Assembly (NCBI GenBank): GCA_030697645.1
Contig: JAUYPI010000014.1
Location: 12,136-76,135 of the forward strand
Source: a bacterium
Lineage (GTDB): Bacteria > Patescibacteriota > Minisyncoccia > Phycocordibacterales > VMGT01
Direction: 5' to 3'
Length of the DNA stretch: 64,000 bases
Shown one piece after another: positions 17,336-27,108 of this stretch (within the stretch, counting starts at the first letter, position 1; each line of letters begins with the position of its first letter). The notes under the pieces were generated by a model. The model saw only the letters and a program-made list of their open reading frames with translations, had not been told where the DNA came from and ran no database searches. A program made the translations under genes and the position numbers.

Positions 17336-18688
17336 TTACTTCTTCTTCGCAACGATGACTGCTTGCGTGAGCAGTATGGGCCAAATAATTTTTTGCTCGA
17401 TAATAGTCCCGTGTTCCTTAACAGTCGTTTCGACTTCGTGCATGGTGAGTGGACGTTCATCGTGATATATCCACTTCCCAACGAGGACGGCGACGCGCCT
17501 CGCAAAACGGTATAAGAGTGTCGGGGTCGGGAAAGCGATGATTGCGAGCCCTCCAGAAGAAAGCAGACTGAAGTGGCCTACAATAGCACGTTTGGTATCT
17601 TCCGGAGAAAAATGCTCTATGAGCCCGACACTAAACACGAGGTCAGCTTGCGGTTCGTTCTGTACGACTAAAACATCGGCTCTATGAAGAAAGGTGCCTG
17701 TATCGGAACCAAACTTGTCTTCAAATTTTTTAAGACTTACGTCGTTATTGTCAACAACATGATATTCTTTCGGGCTAAACCTATCTTTTATGAGCGAGTA
17801 GAAACAACTGTCACCGCCGCCGAGCTCAACAACCCTCATAGTATGAGGGTAGGAAATATATTTTTGTATGAAGTCAACTAAGACCTTGCTCTTGGTTTTT
17901 CGAAAAAATTTAATGTATATCGGCGCTGAGCGCTGTTCGTTATAATATGAATTCCAATCCGTCCTTCTCTGTCCATATTTGCCCATGACAATATTTTTTT
18001 TTACGGTAAAAAGCTCAAGGAGGGTACGCATATAGGACGTTACGCGGACCTTGGATTCTTTGCTCGCTTTGTACGTTATGGGTACTTCTTTTATTTTCAA
18101 TCCGGCTTGAGTCGCTATTGCTAATATTTCAATATCAAAACCCCAGCCATCTAGTGTCTGGAGTCCAAAGAGTGTACGCGCAGCCTCCTCGTTAAACATC
18201 TTAAAACCTCTCTGGCTGTCTCTGATAGACCAGCCCATAACTAGGGGTATTGCGATTTTAGACAAAGATCCAAGGAAAAAACGATAATCACACAGATCCA
18301 GTCGAGCGGATAAAAGACCGGTTGAGCCGATCACGACATCGTATCCCTGGATGATATGCTCCAAAAACTCGTCTAAGTATTCAAGAGATATCTGGCCATC
18401 GGCATCTATAAAAAATCTAACACCCCCTGACGCAGCCAGCATGCCGGTTTTTACCGCAGCGCCCTTGCCCCGATTGTGGCCGTGCGAAATTAACTTTATG
18501 TCTGACGAATTAAAATTTTTCCTTAACACTCCGGCCGTGCCGTCCGTGGAACCGTCATCGACCACGATTATCTCATTCGTGTAGCCGCGCTCTAAAAAGT
18601 ATCTGTGGATGGCAGAGACAGTTTTCACTATATTCTCCGCTTCGTTGTACACAGGAATGACGGCCGAAATATACGATTGTACCCTCAT
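17336..18688 (-). CDS. Bifunctional GT2 glycosyltransferase (DPM1/GtrB-like polyprenyl-phosphate sugar synthase) fused to a C-terminal SAM methyltransferase
   Basis: N-terminal VIPVYNEAENI ... VVDDGSTDGT ... DADGQ GT2 motifs; C-terminal VVELGGGDSCF MTase motif I. Confidence 0.7.
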   Translation of the reverse strand: MRVQSYISAVIPVYNEAENIVKTVSAIHRYFLERGYTNEIIVVDDGSTDGTAGVLRKNFNSSDIKLISHGHNRGKGAAVKTGMLAASGGVRFFIDADGQISLEYLDEFLEHIIQGYDVVIGSTGLLSARLDLCDYRFFLGSLSKIAIPLVMGWSIRDSQRGFKMFNEEAARTLFGLQTLDGWGFDIEILAIATQAGLKIKEVPITYKASKESKVRVTSYMRTLLELFTVKKNIVMGKYGQRRTDWNSYYNEQRSAPIYIKFFRKTKSKVLVDFIQKYISYPHTMRVVELGGGDSCFYSLIKDRFSPKEYHVVDNNDVSLKKFEDKFGSDTGTFLHRADVLVVQNEPQADLVFSVGLIEHFSPEDTKRAIVGHFSLLSSGGLAIIAFPTPTLLYRFARRVAVLVGKWIYHDERPLTMHEVETTVKEHGTIIEQKIIWPILLTQAVIVAKKK

Positions 18689-18729
18689 GATATATATAAC
18701 GTACCTTACGCACTAAAATGACGCACGCG

Positions 18730-21234
18730 CTAAAGGCCAGCAATCTCTCTCGCGCAGCGCAGAGCCTTGGCGAGCGTGCCGCATGGGTTGCTGTAAGAAA
18801 ACACGAGTTCATGTTTTCCTCGAGGTATCGCAACGCCCATAAACACGGTATTCACCCTGTAGATGGGGAGCGGGACTCCGTCGAGTGACGCATCCCACCC
18901 CGGCAGGTTGTTCTCCGAAAAAACGAGAAAGCCGGGAGTCTTTGTATACACTTTAAGCGCCGCAAGCCCGTTTTGGTGCTTCTCTATTTCCACGACGTGT
19001 TCTCCGTCAAACGTACGCTCCCCCGAACTGCAGCTTTTTTCGTACCGCTCGTCGGCCGTGCACTGAACAAGCATCTGGGAAAAATCTGTGCGGTAGCGCT
19101 CAAACACCTCTGCATCTTCGGCGTCAAGGAACGTCAGACGATCTGCGAAGTAAAAAATATCGTTCGCCTCGGGGTTTTCATATATAAATACGGGGATCTT
19201 GTGTTCTGTTATTTCCGTTTGGAATACCTGCGGGAATACGCCCTCCTCGAAGGGAGTGGTGGTAACAATATAGCGTATGCCGAGAAAATCTAATAATGCC
19301 TTACGCATTATGAGTACCTCCTCCTTGGTACGGTCAGGGACTCGAAAAGGGTTTTCTGTCAGTCCGGTAAAAACTGGGACCACCGCCACAAAACTCATCA
19401 ATCGGTTAGCCGCATGCGGCACGAGCGCATCGGCCGCAAGCGACGACTGTATATCGTAATGCAAAAACTGGTTAGGAACCAACACCGCCTGGCGGTATAT
19501 CAGCCTGTCTTCCAAAGTAAGCTTCCTCTCTTCCATAATCCCCTCCTCATTCGAACTGTAGAGGTGCTGTAAAACACGGCCCGGGTGATTCTCAAGGAAC
19601 GATATGGTCGCCGGTCTCTTCTCGTATGCGCCCGATTTGATTGTCGGGTAATTGAACATGCCGACTGCACCGGCGGACAGAGCGGCGACGATCAACAGCA
19701 CGACACTCTGTCGCCTCACGAGCGGCGTACGGGAATAAAGATAGATCGCTCCCCCGCCGATCGCGAGCGACATGAAGCTCGCGAGGAGCAGAGGGTTTGA
19801 AAAAGAAAGATACTGTCGCAGGTCTAAAAACACACGGTCAATGATGCCGAAATAATGGCTGGGTGGGTACGCCCCAGCAGGCTGGTACACGTGGTACAAG
19901 AAGCGTTCAAAAAACCATTTTAAGAATGAAGCAACGTGCCGCTCAAAAAACAGAAAAATTATATTCAGCGCAGCGACGAGCGCGGCCAACGCCATCACGG
20001 TCCATAAAAATATGCCCCTGGCCCTTCCGGTCCAGCGCTTCAAATTAGCATCCGGAACACGCGCTCGAAGAGCATCAACGCCAAAAGCGCTCAGTATAGA
20101 GAAACAAAATGTCGCAAGCAGAACGAGACGCGCCGGAGAACGAAACATTGAAACAAACGTGTGGTCGTGCAGGAACTTAAACGGTATGGAACGAAACAGT
20201 GCGAGACTCAAGGCAACGAACGCCAAGCCGAGGAAAAAACGCGGTACCGGGCGCCGATCTCGCAGTGAAATAATAAGAAAAAAAAGCGGAATAACGCCTA
20301 TGAAAAGCAGCTCGCTTGCGCCTCGCGACCCGAACGGAATCCCCTGCGGGCTCTTCACGCCGGGGAGAAACAACCGTATAAGTTCCTGGGGTAATAGTGA
20401 ATCATCAATTGCCTCTGCGTACGTGACTCCCCCCGCTGCGCGTGGGGAATAGGCACTGATGAGCGCGGTCGGCAGCAACTGATACGACGCCACGGCAAAC
20501 CCCACGCCGAACATCAGAGCAACTCTCAAGAGAAACCCGCGGAGTTCACGGGCACCGCCTCTCTGATATAGGTGCCACGCAATAAATAAGACAAACAAAG
20601 CTGCAGCCGCCAGAAAATAAACAAACTGCATGAATATGACGCCGAGTCCGCCAAACGCGATCAAAGCGATGCCGAACAAAACATACGACCACCGTTTGGC
20701 GGCAAGCTTCCAGAGAACGAGAAACAGCAACGGCAAGAACAACTGCGCGTGTACTGCGGTGGGAACGATGATACGAAATGTAACGATATACGCGACACCC
20801 GCCATGAGGGCCGCCGATTTAGAGACGCCGAGGGCGCGGGCAAGCGCCGCGCATGATATAGCGGCAAGCACACATACAATAAAGCCGTATACGTTTGTGT
20901 AATACAGAGCGCGCTCCGGCGTAGAGCTCAAAAGGGCTATAAGGTGGAACCAAGGTAGAAAAAATCCGGATGAAGTCGCGAAAATGGGAAAACCAAAAAG
21001 AGTCTCCGCGCTCCACAAATAACTCGTGCCGCTCGCGAGAGCTCGATGCAGAAAAGAAAAATAAGGGGCTGTCAGTTTTACCACATCGTTCCACCACAAA
21101 ATCCGACCGCCTACTAAAAGCGGGGCGCGGGCTATGAATACGGGGATGACCAAAAATAAAAACCAAAATCGCCCGAAGGCGGCTTTTTGCACGGCTGCCG
21201 AAACAAGGCGTACGGTTTTAAACAATGCAGACAT
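18730..21234 (-). CDS. Large polytopic membrane protein of the GT-C superfamily (YfhO-like)
   Basis: 834 aa with more than 12 TM helices in the N-terminal two thirds plus a soluble C-terminal domain. Adjacent to a GtrB-like GT2, i.e. a three-component glycosylation arrangement. Confidence 0.55.
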   Translation of the reverse strand: MSALFKTVRLVSAAVQKAAFGRFWFLFLVIPVFIARAPLLVGGRILWWNDVVKLTAPYFSFLHRALASGTSYLWSAETLFGFPIFATSSGFFLPWFHLIALLSSTPERALYYTNVYGFIVCVLAAISCAALARALGVSKSAALMAGVAYIVTFRIIVPTAVHAQLFLPLLFLVLWKLAAKRWSYVLFGIALIAFGGLGVIFMQFVYFLAAAALFVLFIAWHLYQRGGARELRGFLLRVALMFGVGFAVASYQLLPTALISAYSPRAAGGVTYAEAIDDSLLPQELIRLFLPGVKSPQGIPFGSRGASELLFIGVIPLFFLIISLRDRRPVPRFFLGLAFVALSLALFRSIPFKFLHDHTFVSMFRSPARLVLLATFCFSILSAFGVDALRARVPDANLKRWTGRARGIFLWTVMALAALVAALNIIFLFFERHVASFLKWFFERFLYHVYQPAGAYPPSHYFGIIDRVFLDLRQYLSFSNPLLLASFMSLAIGGGAIYLYSRTPLVRRQSVVLLIVAALSAGAVGMFNYPTIKSGAYEKRPATISFLENHPGRVLQHLYSSNEEGIMEERKLTLEDRLIYRQAVLVPNQFLHYDIQSSLAADALVPHAANRLMSFVAVVPVFTGLTENPFRVPDRTKEEVLIMRKALLDFLGIRYIVTTTPFEEGVFPQVFQTEITEHKIPVFIYENPEANDIFYFADRLTFLDAEDAEVFERYRTDFSQMLVQCTADERYEKSCSSGERTFDGEHVVEIEKHQNGLAALKVYTKTPGFLVFSENNLPGWDASLDGVPLPIYRVNTVFMGVAIPRGKHELVFSYSNPCGTLAKALRCAREIAGL

Positions 21235-21278
21235 CGTACTATACGCTTACACAACTTTTTTGCTGAAAAGTATCGCTG

Positions 21279-22250
21279 TTAATGCCACCGTGGCTCACGC
21301 TGGTGGGGGTCGTTCTCGAGCGCAAAACGCTGCAGTGACGAGAGGTGTGAGGACGCGGAAAAATACTCGGGATAAGAATAGGAAATCGGCGTAAACGAAC
21401 CGGGCGGCGTGTAAATGCTTGTATACATCAATCGCTCGCGCTCCCGTGCAAAGCCGCCGCGATGGAGCCCGCTCGTGTCGCAAAAAACGATAGTCCCGGC
21501 GGCGCCAGTACACACTCTTATATCTTCGCTCGGAATAAAATTGTCGGCGTCCGGCGGCATCTTGGGAGAACCCGCGGGCGGCTCCTGCGCAAAGAGCGAG
21601 CGCCACTTGCCACCGCTATGCGAAAACTGCACGTAGGTGAACGGGCCAGCGTCCTCGTCCACGTCATTGAGGTAAAGAAACACCTTAACGAGCTTCTGGT
21701 CTTCGGGGTCGCGATGCCAGCGCTGTGAGGCGAATCGGTCCCTGCTCGTGGGCATCGGCACCGTTGCCTCAAGCGCCCAGCCGCGAAACTTCGGCCACAT
21801 GCCGAGGTACCCCGCAACTGTGCCGAGTATCGCCTCGTCGAGTGAAAATCGCGTAAACGGGTGCGCGAAGTCGAGCACTGCTGGCCCCTCCCAGAGATTT
21901 ACCAAAAAATACGATTTGGCTCGCGTGCTCTCGCCTGCGCGCTCGTCGTGCGAGCGCTCTGCTCGAGCACGCACGGCCGGACTCTCCCATCGCTCGCGAG
22001 CGTACGCAATAAGCTCAACGACGCGCTTCCCGCCGAGGAGCGCGTCGGCGCGCGTCACGGCAATTCCGGTGCGCTCAAGCTCGCCTATAATCGCCCGCCC
22101 AACGTCGCTCACTATTGGCGGCGCGGAGCGGTAGCGTCGGATCGCGGCGCGGTTACGAAAACGCCACATCGCCGGTAGCGAGAGCGTACGATAATATCGG
22201 CGCCCGCAGGCGCGCAAAAATTTCTTTACGAGACGTTTGAGTGTGGACAT
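21279..22250 (-). CDS. Fe(II)/2-oxoglutarate dioxygenase, phytanoyl-CoA dioxygenase (PhyH)-like
   Basis: WHRDPED (HxD) and the later LHRGG His motif; start assigned to the internal Met MSTLKRL at 22250. Confidence 0.5.
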   Translation of the reverse strand: MSTLKRLVKKFLRACGRRYYRTLSLPAMWRFRNRAAIRRYRSAPPIVSDVGRAIIGELERTGIAVTRADALLGGKRVVELIAYARERWESPAVRARAERSHDERAGESTRAKSYFLVNLWEGPAVLDFAHPFTRFSLDEAILGTVAGYLGMWPKFRGWALEATVPMPTSRDRFASQRWHRDPEDQKLVKVFLYLNDVDEDAGPFTYVQFSHSGGKWRSLFAQEPPAGSPKMPPDADNFIPSEDIRVCTGAAGTIVFCDTSGLHRGGFARERERLMYTSIYTPPGSFTPISYSYPEYFSASSHLSSLQRFALENDPHQREPRWH

Positions 22251-22254
22251 AGAC

Positions 22255-22335
22255 GACGAGAGAGTAGAAGGTGGAAAGCGGAGACGGACGATAAAAATGC
22301 GTCGTCGTGCACTACCCTCTACACTTTCCACTCTC
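22255..22335. repeat. Palindromic intergenic hairpin element (family 3)
   Basis: gagagagtagaaggtggaaag ... ctctacactttccactctctc inverted arms; shares GAGAGTAG / GGTGGAAAG motifs with 8036-8110. Confidence 0.55.
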
Positions 22336-22350
22336 TCGTTCGCTCGCATA

Positions 22351-23742
22351 CTACACCGCCGCGCTCTGATAGTGCAAGGCCACACGCTCAAAAATAGCGT
22401 GCGCGATCCGCTCGCCGGCCTTCCCGTCCATAAACGCGCACTGCTCGCGCACGAGACGCTCGCGGCCGTCCCGATCGAGCTCATGATTATCAAGGTAGCG
22501 CCGCGTCCACTCCACTAACTCCTCGACACTCCCGACGAGCCGGATACCGCCAGTCGCAAGCGCTTTTCGGTAGTGCTCCGTCCCGTAGTAAAACGTCGGC
22601 GACCGGAGACTCGGTACGCGCCCGATGCTCTCCCCTATTTCAAAATTGATGTTGATGACCGGCCGCCCCATGAGCGCCGCGTCAATCCCGATGCTCGATG
22701 CGTAGGAAATGACCAGAGATGCATGCGCGAGCGTGTCGCGCAGCCGCTCCGCGTCCTCGCGCGTCATGTCCCAGTCACCGCCACGCTCTGAGCCGAACCG
22801 AAGACCAGGCAGATCGTACCGAAGCCACGGCCGTTTCTCAATCTCCTGTCGGTCTACAAAATCGTTGGGTTGAAACCGCACGAAAAGCTCGGCGTTCGGA
22901 ATTTGTTTTTGTTGCTCGATGAGATCGTAGAGCAGGTCTATCGCATACCAATCATACTTTGAAAACGCAGTCCCCATTGGGGCAAAAAGGACAAGGCGCT
23001 TTGTTGGGTCGGAGCCAATCGAGCGCAAAAATGCCTCGCGGCTCATCGGCTTATTCGTGAAATATATGTCGTACTGCGGCACGCCTACGATACTCGTGTG
23101 CTCGCGAGGCATATCGGCAAAACGCTCCGCCTCGTCTCGCACAATTTCATTGTAGACGAGGATCCTGTCTGACAGGAGGCGCAGCGACGCGCGGGCGGTG
23201 AGCTTATCCCACGTATTGATAAAACCGACTGTCGGCACGCCCCGCCGCCGCGCGTCGCGAAGCAGCGCGACTTCACCGTCGTCGAAAAGGTTCGCGAGCA
23301 CAACCACAGAAGGCTGGTACTTCTCGAAAAGTGCGCCGCAACCACTGTCGCCGACGAAAGCCGTATCGAGTCGGCGCAGCAACCGCCGCACAAAAGAGTG
23401 CACGATGAGGCGATTCAACAAAGACCCTGCGTAGTACGCGAAAGCATTCCGTGACTCAAGGTAGTGCCCGCGCCTGCGCAGGTCGGTCGTTCTCGTGCGG
23501 ATAAGATGAAATTTAAGGAAGCTCATCAGGCGCTCGAGAGCGCCATGTGGCGCTGGATCACACACTGCGTACGTAACGCCCTCAATTGGAAGCTCGCGTG
23601 TGTAATACGCCGCGCGCTCCTCATTGCGCACAAGCGCAATGATACGCGCATCTTTCCGAGAGAGCAGCGCGGCGGCAACCTCAGTGCGCAACAAATTTTT
23701 TACCTCCACCGCCTGAAAGCAAGTCAAAAAGATAGTCGTCAT
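22351..23742 (-). CDS. TagF/KpsS-like polymer-forming transferase, paralog B
   Basis: VLFAPMGT, FVRFQPND and ISYASSIGIDAALMGRPVININ motifs; paralogous to 23739-25112 and 54047-55402. Confidence 0.55.
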   Translation of the reverse strand: MTTIFLTCFQAVEVKNLLRTEVAAALLSRKDARIIALVRNEERAAYYTRELPIEGVTYAVCDPAPHGALERLMSFLKFHLIRTRTTDLRRRGHYLESRNAFAYYAGSLLNRLIVHSFVRRLLRRLDTAFVGDSGCGALFEKYQPSVVVLANLFDDGEVALLRDARRRGVPTVGFINTWDKLTARASLRLLSDRILVYNEIVRDEAERFADMPREHTSIVGVPQYDIYFTNKPMSREAFLRSIGSDPTKRLVLFAPMGTAFSKYDWYAIDLLYDLIEQQKQIPNAELFVRFQPNDFVDRQEIEKRPWLRYDLPGLRFGSERGGDWDMTREDAERLRDTLAHASLVISYASSIGIDAALMGRPVININFEIGESIGRVPSLRSPTFYYGTEHYRKALATGGIRLVGSVEELVEWTRRYLDNHELDRDGRERLVREQCAFMDGKAGERIAHAIFERVALHYQSAAV

Positions 23743-25112
23743 GCCGGTGAATTATTGATAGGGCAAAACCCTTGAAGTACACCCGCGAGCCGCTCGCTCG
23801 CGCGGCCGTCGAGGCGATACGCCTCCTCCCGCGCGAGCCGCTCACGCCCTTCGTGGCCTCGCGCAGGATCGGAGAGCGCCGTGCGCACGGCACCGCAAAG
23901 TTCACCCTCGCTTTTTGCGAACATAACCCCGCCGCTCTCAAGCACCGCGCTAAAGTGCTCGTAATCATAAAAGCGCCGCACGCTCTCCTGATACGGAAGC
24001 GCCGCCGCGTCCGTACCGTCAAATCCGACTAAAACAATCGGCTTATCAAAAAATGCGGCGTCCACGCAGATAGTTGAAGGTCCGGCGACGACGACGTCTG
24101 CTGCGGCAAGCGTTTGAGCAAGACGAACGTCGTCCGCGCGCGAGAGCTCCGTATTTTTCACATGGCCGAGCCCTGAGCCGCCGCGCTCGACAACCACGCG
24201 ACCGAACCGCCCGGGACGTACCCCCGCAACCTCGTCTGCGATCGGCAGGCGCACAAACAGAAGAGCGGTGTCTGGGAGACAAGAATCGAGCAGCGCGATA
24301 CAGTGCTGATCAATCGCGTGCCTCGCCGCAACATACCGGTCGCCAACCGGCGCAAAGAGAACAACGTGCGTCCCGGGATCAAACCCGAGTTCTCGAAGAA
24401 ACACCGCGCGGGTCGCTCCCGTGCTCACGTGCTCACGGTACCGCGCGTATCCGTCGTAGTGCGGAATGCCCACGACGCCGACGCGCTGCGGCGCAATGCC
24501 GTGGAGCACGGTTGCTTCACGAGCAATGATGTCGTTGTGGACAACGAGCCGATCCGGCACCACGCGGAGGAGTCCTTTGGCCGTCAGGTTGTCCCATGAG
24601 CGCACCATGCCGACGATGGGGATACTCAACCCACGGGCTGCGTGCATGAGTCGGACATCGTGCTCATTCTGCACGTCGGTCGAAAAAACAAGCGCGGGGC
24701 GAAACTCTCTCAAAAGTGCGTCGAACGGGAAGCGCGGCGTGAACATGCGGCTCAATGCCCGTACCAGAGCATGAGCTACCCTGTTCGACAACACCCGCGA
24801 GAGCCACGCGCCGCGCCCGCTAAGTTCAGCGGCTCGCTTGATTGAAAGCGCCCTCGTCCGGAGCGCCGAGAGGACAAGCGTACGCAGTATGAGATCTCGC
24901 CTCGTGAGCCGTGCGGAAATACCTCGGATAAGCACGCGCTCGCCCGCATACTCCCGCTCGAAATAAGGCTTCTTTCGCTCCGGACAGAGGATGACAACGG
25001 TGCTCTCCGGCCTCGCAACAAGCACCTGATCAATCACAGTCGTCCCGAGAATGTTGCGTGAAATGAGCGGGTGGAAGCTTGAAATGAAAATCGATGGCAT
25101 ACGAAAAAACAC
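23739..25112 (-). CDS. TagF/KpsS-like polymer-forming transferase, paralog C
   Basis: SFHPLISRNIL N-terminus shared with 54047-55402; VLFAPVGD, FVRLPIAD and VVAGPSTICVDAAFFDKPIVLV motifs. Confidence 0.55.
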   Translation of the reverse strand: MFFRMPSIFISSFHPLISRNILGTTVIDQVLVARPESTVVILCPERKKPYFEREYAGERVLIRGISARLTRRDLILRTLVLSALRTRALSIKRAAELSGRGAWLSRVLSNRVAHALVRALSRMFTPRFPFDALLREFRPALVFSTDVQNEHDVRLMHAARGLSIPIVGMVRSWDNLTAKGLLRVVPDRLVVHNDIIAREATVLHGIAPQRVGVVGIPHYDGYARYREHVSTGATRAVFLRELGFDPGTHVVLFAPVGDRYVAARHAIDQHCIALLDSCLPDTALLFVRLPIADEVAGVRPGRFGRVVVERGGSGLGHVKNTELSRADDVRLAQTLAAADVVVAGPSTICVDAAFFDKPIVLVGFDGTDAAALPYQESVRRFYDYEHFSAVLESGGVMFAKSEGELCGAVRTALSDPARGHEGRERLAREEAYRLDGRASERLAGVLQGFCPINNSPA

Positions 25113-25117
25113 CGCTC

Positions 25118-25148
25118 GACAGCGGGCATCCTGTCGCGCATGAATGTC
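25118..25148 (-). terminator. Weak candidate terminator after the metalloprotease gene
   Basis: Short GC stem (ccgct/agcgg) followed on the minus strand by a T6 run. Confidence 0.25.
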
Positions 25149-25259
25149 ACTCCATACAACTCCGCCCCTGGCGTCGATGGCACGGGCGACGGGCAGCGTG
25201 TAAAAACAAGACTACTTGTGGCTTTTCCCACGAGAGTCCTGATTTAGACGTGTACGTCT

Positions 25260-27104
25260 CTACGTACCGCACTGGCTCACAAGCAGCGCCCTCGATTTCG
25301 GACCGATAAGACCGTACCCGGTAGTTGCGGGACTGCCGCTCGAGACAACCCCGCTCGCGCCCTGCCACATGCGCACTGCCGCTTGAGTCAATTTCCCGAA
25401 ATACCCAGTCGCCAAACCGGCTTCAAGTTGCCCTTTTTTAATGAGAAATTTTTGTAGTTTCGAGACTTCACCCCCGGTTCCCGCATCTCGCATTCCAAGT
25501 CCAAGAGTTCTGGTGAGTTTACAATCTATCGTCGCCGTGGCAGTCGTGGCCAGTGGCAATACGGGTACAGGAACAGAAGTAGAGGAAGGAGAAGGAGGAG
25601 CGACCGCAGCGGGGATTGGGGACTGCTCTAGCTCGGGCTGGGGCGGCAAAACAGCACCTCCAGCGCTGTTAAAGTAGGACGGGATGCCAGTCTTCATGTA
25701 CTCGGCAAGGGCAGCAATAGCGGCGTCGGAATAATCGGCACGCACTAAGGATTTTACGTCATCATCAAACGCCGGACTGCCCTTGTATGGGAAGAATAAA
25801 TCGGCGCGCTCTAATCCGCTTACCTGCGTCATGGCACTCACGATCATGTCCGTGTCTTCGGCAGTACTTCCTTGAGGAGACGGGTTTCGTGTCTTCAAAA
25901 TCCTCAAGAGCTCCACCATACCGTCTGCGCCGACTTTTTTATAGAGATTCGAGATGATTACTCCCGAGTGCGTATATGAATCACGGATTGGGAAATCGAT
26001 ACCTCCTTCAAAACTATAATCGAAATTTTTATCGTATTTTGCCTTGAGTTCTTTGGCGCTGAACAGGTGAGTGCGGTTCGTTATATCCAGAAGCGTTTGT
26101 TCCTGTATATCTGCAAAAATGTACGGGCGTGCCTGGGTCTCCATAAAAACCGCGATACCCTCCTTAAACCATTTCGCGGAATACGCGGCCCCGTAGAAAA
26201 GCCGCTGATTCCTTTCGACAAGATGGGCCATCTCGTGCACGAGTGTTGTTTTAATCTCACTGAGCGTCTCGGTATCAAGATAATCCTTGTTGTAGAGGAC
26301 GACGTTCGGTGGAGCAGCCAGTGCCGTTGCCTCATACCCGACATCTATATCGGAAAGATCAGCCGCATAGATGAGTATATTCTCTGGCGGTTTGATGCCG
26401 AGGGACTTCACAAAAAGGTCGTCGACAAAAGACATCTGCGACAGGGCAGTTTCAAGCTTCGCTACCGACGCGACCGACCCTGCTACCGTATACCGCCCCA
26501 CCGTCTTAACCGCATTCCCCGTCCCTGCGTTCGGCGTTGCGAATGCCACCAGTACGGGGGCGACATAGGAGGAGTTTCCAGCAGGGTACGCCACAGAAAG
26601 CGTCTGGCCCTGCGCCTCATACGACGGCCAGGCAGATAGCACCTTCCAGTCTGCTGGATAATCAATCGTTATCGCGGGGGAGAGAAAGTAGGAGCCCCGC
26701 GCGACCCAAAATTCATACACCGCGACAGGCTGTGTCAGAACGGTGGAAATGTCGTAGTCGATGTAAAGATTGTGAACACCCGAGTTAGTTTTGTAACGGT
26801 TCGGCACGATAATGTAGCCGCTCTCGAAGCCAGTTTCGAGATTTCCCATTTCATCAGCCGCTCCCCGGAAGAGGTATGTCATGGCACCAGTCGCCCCGAA
26901 GTTATCAACATTATCAAAAGCGCTCGCGCTCACATACTTCGTGTCCAGAGGAAACGTCCAATGACCGCTCGCTTTAAAATCGGGCGTGATCGTAATATGC
27001 ACCTTTTGGTTGACCGCCTCGGCAGAGTTACTCAGGAAAAAGAGAGCAAAAAAGGCTCCACACAGGACGGCGTATTGGCAGATGGATGGTTTACGAAAAA
27101 ACAT
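25260..27104 (-). CDS. Secreted zinc metalloprotease-like protein with C-terminal peptidoglycan-binding (PG_binding_1) domain
   Basis: N-terminal signal peptide, HEMAH zincin motif, Pro-rich linker, C-terminal GEVSKLQKFL ... GYFGKLTQAAV PG-binding repeat. Confidence 0.6.
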   Translation of the reverse strand: MFFRKPSICQYAVLCGAFFALFFLSNSAEAVNQKVHITITPDFKASGHWTFPLDTKYVSASAFDNVDNFGATGAMTYLFRGAADEMGNLETGFESGYIIVPNRYKTNSGVHNLYIDYDISTVLTQPVAVYEFWVARGSYFLSPAITIDYPADWKVLSAWPSYEAQGQTLSVAYPAGNSSYVAPVLVAFATPNAGTGNAVKTVGRYTVAGSVASVAKLETALSQMSFVDDLFVKSLGIKPPENILIYAADLSDIDVGYEATALAAPPNVVLYNKDYLDTETLSEIKTTLVHEMAHLVERNQRLFYGAAYSAKWFKEGIAVFMETQARPYIFADIQEQTLLDITNRTHLFSAKELKAKYDKNFDYSFEGGIDFPIRDSYTHSGVIISNLYKKVGADGMVELLRILKTRNPSPQGSTAEDTDMIVSAMTQVSGLERADLFFPYKGSPAFDDDVKSLVRADYSDAAIAALAEYMKTGIPSYFNSAGGAVLPPQPELEQSPIPAAVAPPSPSSTSVPVPVLPLATTATATIDCKLTRTLGLGMRDAGTGGEVSKLQKFLIKKGQLEAGLATGYFGKLTQAAVRMWQGASGVVSSGSPATTGYGLIGPKSRALLVSQCGT

Positions 27105-27108
27105 GGAT

